This document shows, in pieces, positions 61,080-64,000 of a DNA stretch of 64,000 nucleotides (position 1 is the stretch's first letter; each line of letters starts with the position of its first letter). A program made the translations under genes and the position numbers. Origin of the DNA: Torpedo marmorata (taxonomy: Eukaryota); the NCBI GenBank assembly GCA_977017645.1, contig OZ360223.1, forward strand, positions 179,614,001-179,678,000, written 5' to 3'. The notes beneath the pieces were generated by a model. The model saw nothing but the letters and a program-made list of their open reading frames with translations. It was not told the DNA's origin and did not search any database.

Positions 61080-64000
61080 AACTTTAGCATACATCAAAAA
61101 ATTGAAGGCAGACATAGCTATGTTACAGGAGACGCATCTGACTGATTTAGAACATCAGAAGTTGAAAAGAGATTGGGTTGGTCAAGTGGTGGCGTCTTCA
61201 TTTAATTCCAAGGCTAAAGGGGTCGCTATTCTAGTTAATAAGAAGCTACCCCTTAAAATACACTCAGTGGTTACTGATGGGTCAGGAAGATACGTCTTAA
61301 TAAACTGTCAGATATATTCAGAAATGTGGACTCTTATGAATATCTATGTGCCGAATACGCAAGATGATCAATTTATTCAAGATTCCTTTATGCATCTGTC
61401 AGAGGCATACGATAATATTTTAATTGGTGGAGATTTTAATTGTTGCTTGGACCCAGTAATGGATAAAACATCCAAATCAATTATTAGAACTAAAACTGCA
61501 AAGAGAATTCTAACGATGATGGAAGACTTGAATCTAACTGATATTTGGAGGAAGTTGAATCCGAGAGAAAAAGATTACTCCTTTTATTCCTCTAGACATG
61601 ATTCTTATTCTAGAATAGACATGTTTTTGCTGTCATCACAATTACAGGATAGGGTGACTCAAGTACAATATAAGGCTAGATTAATTTCTGACCACTCGCC
61701 TTTATTAATGTCGTGCATAATTCCAGAGAAAGAAAAAATTATATATAAATGGAGGTTTAACTCTTCTTTACTAAAGAGAGTGGATTTTTGTAAATATATA
61801 AGAAGAGAAATCCAGGAATTTTTACAGATTAATACGGATTCCATGGATAACAAATTTATTATTTGGGATGCTTTGAAGGCTTATTTAAGAGGTCAGATAA
61901 TAAGTTATTCAGCAAAAGTTAAGAAGGAAAATATTCAGGAATTGGATAATTTGGAGAAGGAGATTGAATTTTTGGAGAAGGATCTACAAAAGAAGAGATC
62001 AGAAGAAAAGAAGAAAGATTTAATTGGGAAAAAGTTATATTATAATACGTTACAAACACATAAATTGGAAAAACTCATTGAAAGGACTAAGCAAAGGTAC
62101 TATGAACTGGGAGAAAGAGCTCATAAAGTTTTAGCCTGGCAATTAAAGAAGGAACAAACCTCTAGAACTATAACGGCTATAAAAAAGAATTCTAAGAAAA
62201 TAACTTATAAACCGCGAGAAATAAATGATTCTTTCAAAGATTTTTATTTGAATTTATATACATCTCAAGCCGAGAAAGATGATTCTAAAATTAACACATT
62301 TTTATCCAAAATTAAGATGCCCAGGTTAGATACACTTAGTAAAGAATCTTTAGATTCACCATTTACGATGAGGGAAGTCGATGGGGTTCTTAGTTCTTTG
62401 ACAAGTGGGAAATCTCCGGGGGAGGATGGTTTCCCATCAGAGTTTTATAAGAAATTTAAGGACTTATTGATCCCTCCTTATATGGAGGTGTTAAAACAAA
62501 TAACGGAAACCCATTCTCTACCGGAATCCTTCACCAATGCATTAATAACAGTTATACCGAAAAGAGATAGAGACTTGTTGAGAACAGAATCATATAGACC
62601 AATATCGTTGTTAAATGTGGACTATAAAATAATGGCGAAAATTTTAGCAGAGTGGCTAAGTTCTTACCAGTCTTAGTCCATGGAGATCAGGCAGGCTTTA
62701 TTAGAAACAGATATTCAAAAGATAATATCGCTAGATTAATTAGTCTAATAAACGTGGCACAACAAAGAGAAGAACTGTCATTAGTATTAGCATTAGATGC
62801 CGAAAAGGCTTTTGATAGATTAGAGTGGAATTATTTATTTAAGGTATTGGAAAAATTTGGTTTTGGAAATACATTTATTAATTGGATTAAAACTATATAT
62901 AAAGAACCGTCTGCCAGAGTGGTCACAAATGGTCAAATATCTTCAAAATTTTCCTTAACCAGATCTACTAGACAAGGTTGTCCTTTGTCGCCAGCATTGT
63001 TTGTTTTAGCAATAGAACCTTTAGCCGAATTAATTAGACAAGATAGTAAGATTGCAGGTATTAAAGTTGGTAAGGAAGAACACAAAATTAGTTTGTTTGC
63101 AGATGACGTATTGATATATATGACAAATCCTATTAATTCTCTAACACAATTGGCTGTTTTATTAAAAGAATTTGGGGGATTATCTGGTTACAAGATTAAC
63201 TCGGATAAAAGTGAAATTATGCCTTTAACACAAGGGGACTATAGCGATTGTAAAGAAATTACACAATTTAAATGGGCAAAGGGAGGAATTAAGTATTTGG
63301 GAATAAAGATTGATACAAAATTATCCAATTTGTATAAATTAAATTATTTACCACTATTTGTGAATATAAAAAAGGATTTGGAGAGATGGAAGGATTTGCC
63401 TATAACTTTAATGGGAAGGGTAAATTGTATTAAAATGAACGTTTTTCCGAGAATTCAGTATCTTTTTCAATCCATTCCCTATGAAATCCCTCAGAAGTTT
63501 TTTAAGGATTTAAATTTAATTATTAGGGCATTTTTGTGGAAAGGAAAGTTGGCGAGAGTAGGATTGGAGAAATTAACCTGGAACTACGAAATGGGTGGTC
63601 TAAAGCTTCCTAATTTTCAATATTATTATAAAGCAGCCCAACTAAAATTTATTAACGAATTGTTTGATTTAGGGAAGCTCTCTGCTTGGATGAGAATAGA
63701 ATTAAATAATATAGGAGAGGATTTGAAAGAAGAAGTCATTTATAAATGGAATTCTAAATTATTATTAACAAGAGGGAAAAATTCTCCTATTTTTAGGCAC
63801 TTGCTAGAAATATGGAATAGAGTGGATAGAGAAATAGGAGCGAAAGGATCAATTTCTCGAAGAATGCCTCTATATCAAAATGAACTTATTCCATTTACTG
63901 TTGATAATCAACTATTTAAAATTTGGTACCAAAAGGGAATTAAGGAAATAAATGATTGTTTTGAAGCTGGTAAATTTATTACGTTTCAGAGAATGGAAGA
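61080..64000 (+). mobile_element. 5'-truncated L1/Tx1 ORF2 (EN and RT), frameshift near 62650, runs off the window
   Basis: ORF 61102-62676 with LQETH, GGDFN, SDH; TRQGCPLSP and LFADD downstream. Confidence 0.95.

Overview
Eukaryotic, AT-rich, transposon-dense DNA, most likely intronic or intergenic sequence from a cartilaginous fish (inferred from HE1/V-SINE-type SINEs and CR1, L1/Tx1, Rex1-like, Penelope-like and Gmr1 elements). No host gene could be identified; two weak exon candidates are noted. Main contents: a degraded Gmr1-type Gypsy (16761-30187) carrying a full-length L1 and a foreign solo LTR; a very young Gypsy with identical LTRs (43588-48320); a second, diverged relative of it (from 59392); a POGK-like pogo transposon; a Tigger-type MITE; a foldback-like element that hosts a deep insertion stack; and many LINE fragments. 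Most interesting signals: (1) both related Gypsy elements lack a tRNA primer site and instead carry a PBS complementary to their own LTR, with co-varying sequences, which suggests self-priming; (2) a YY1/ETS/CRE motif array inside the gag-pol junction; (3) a hammerhead-like motif in an inverted Penelope-like insert; (4) repeated twin-priming inversions and a Gmr1-L1 chimera. All calls were made by eye, without database searches.
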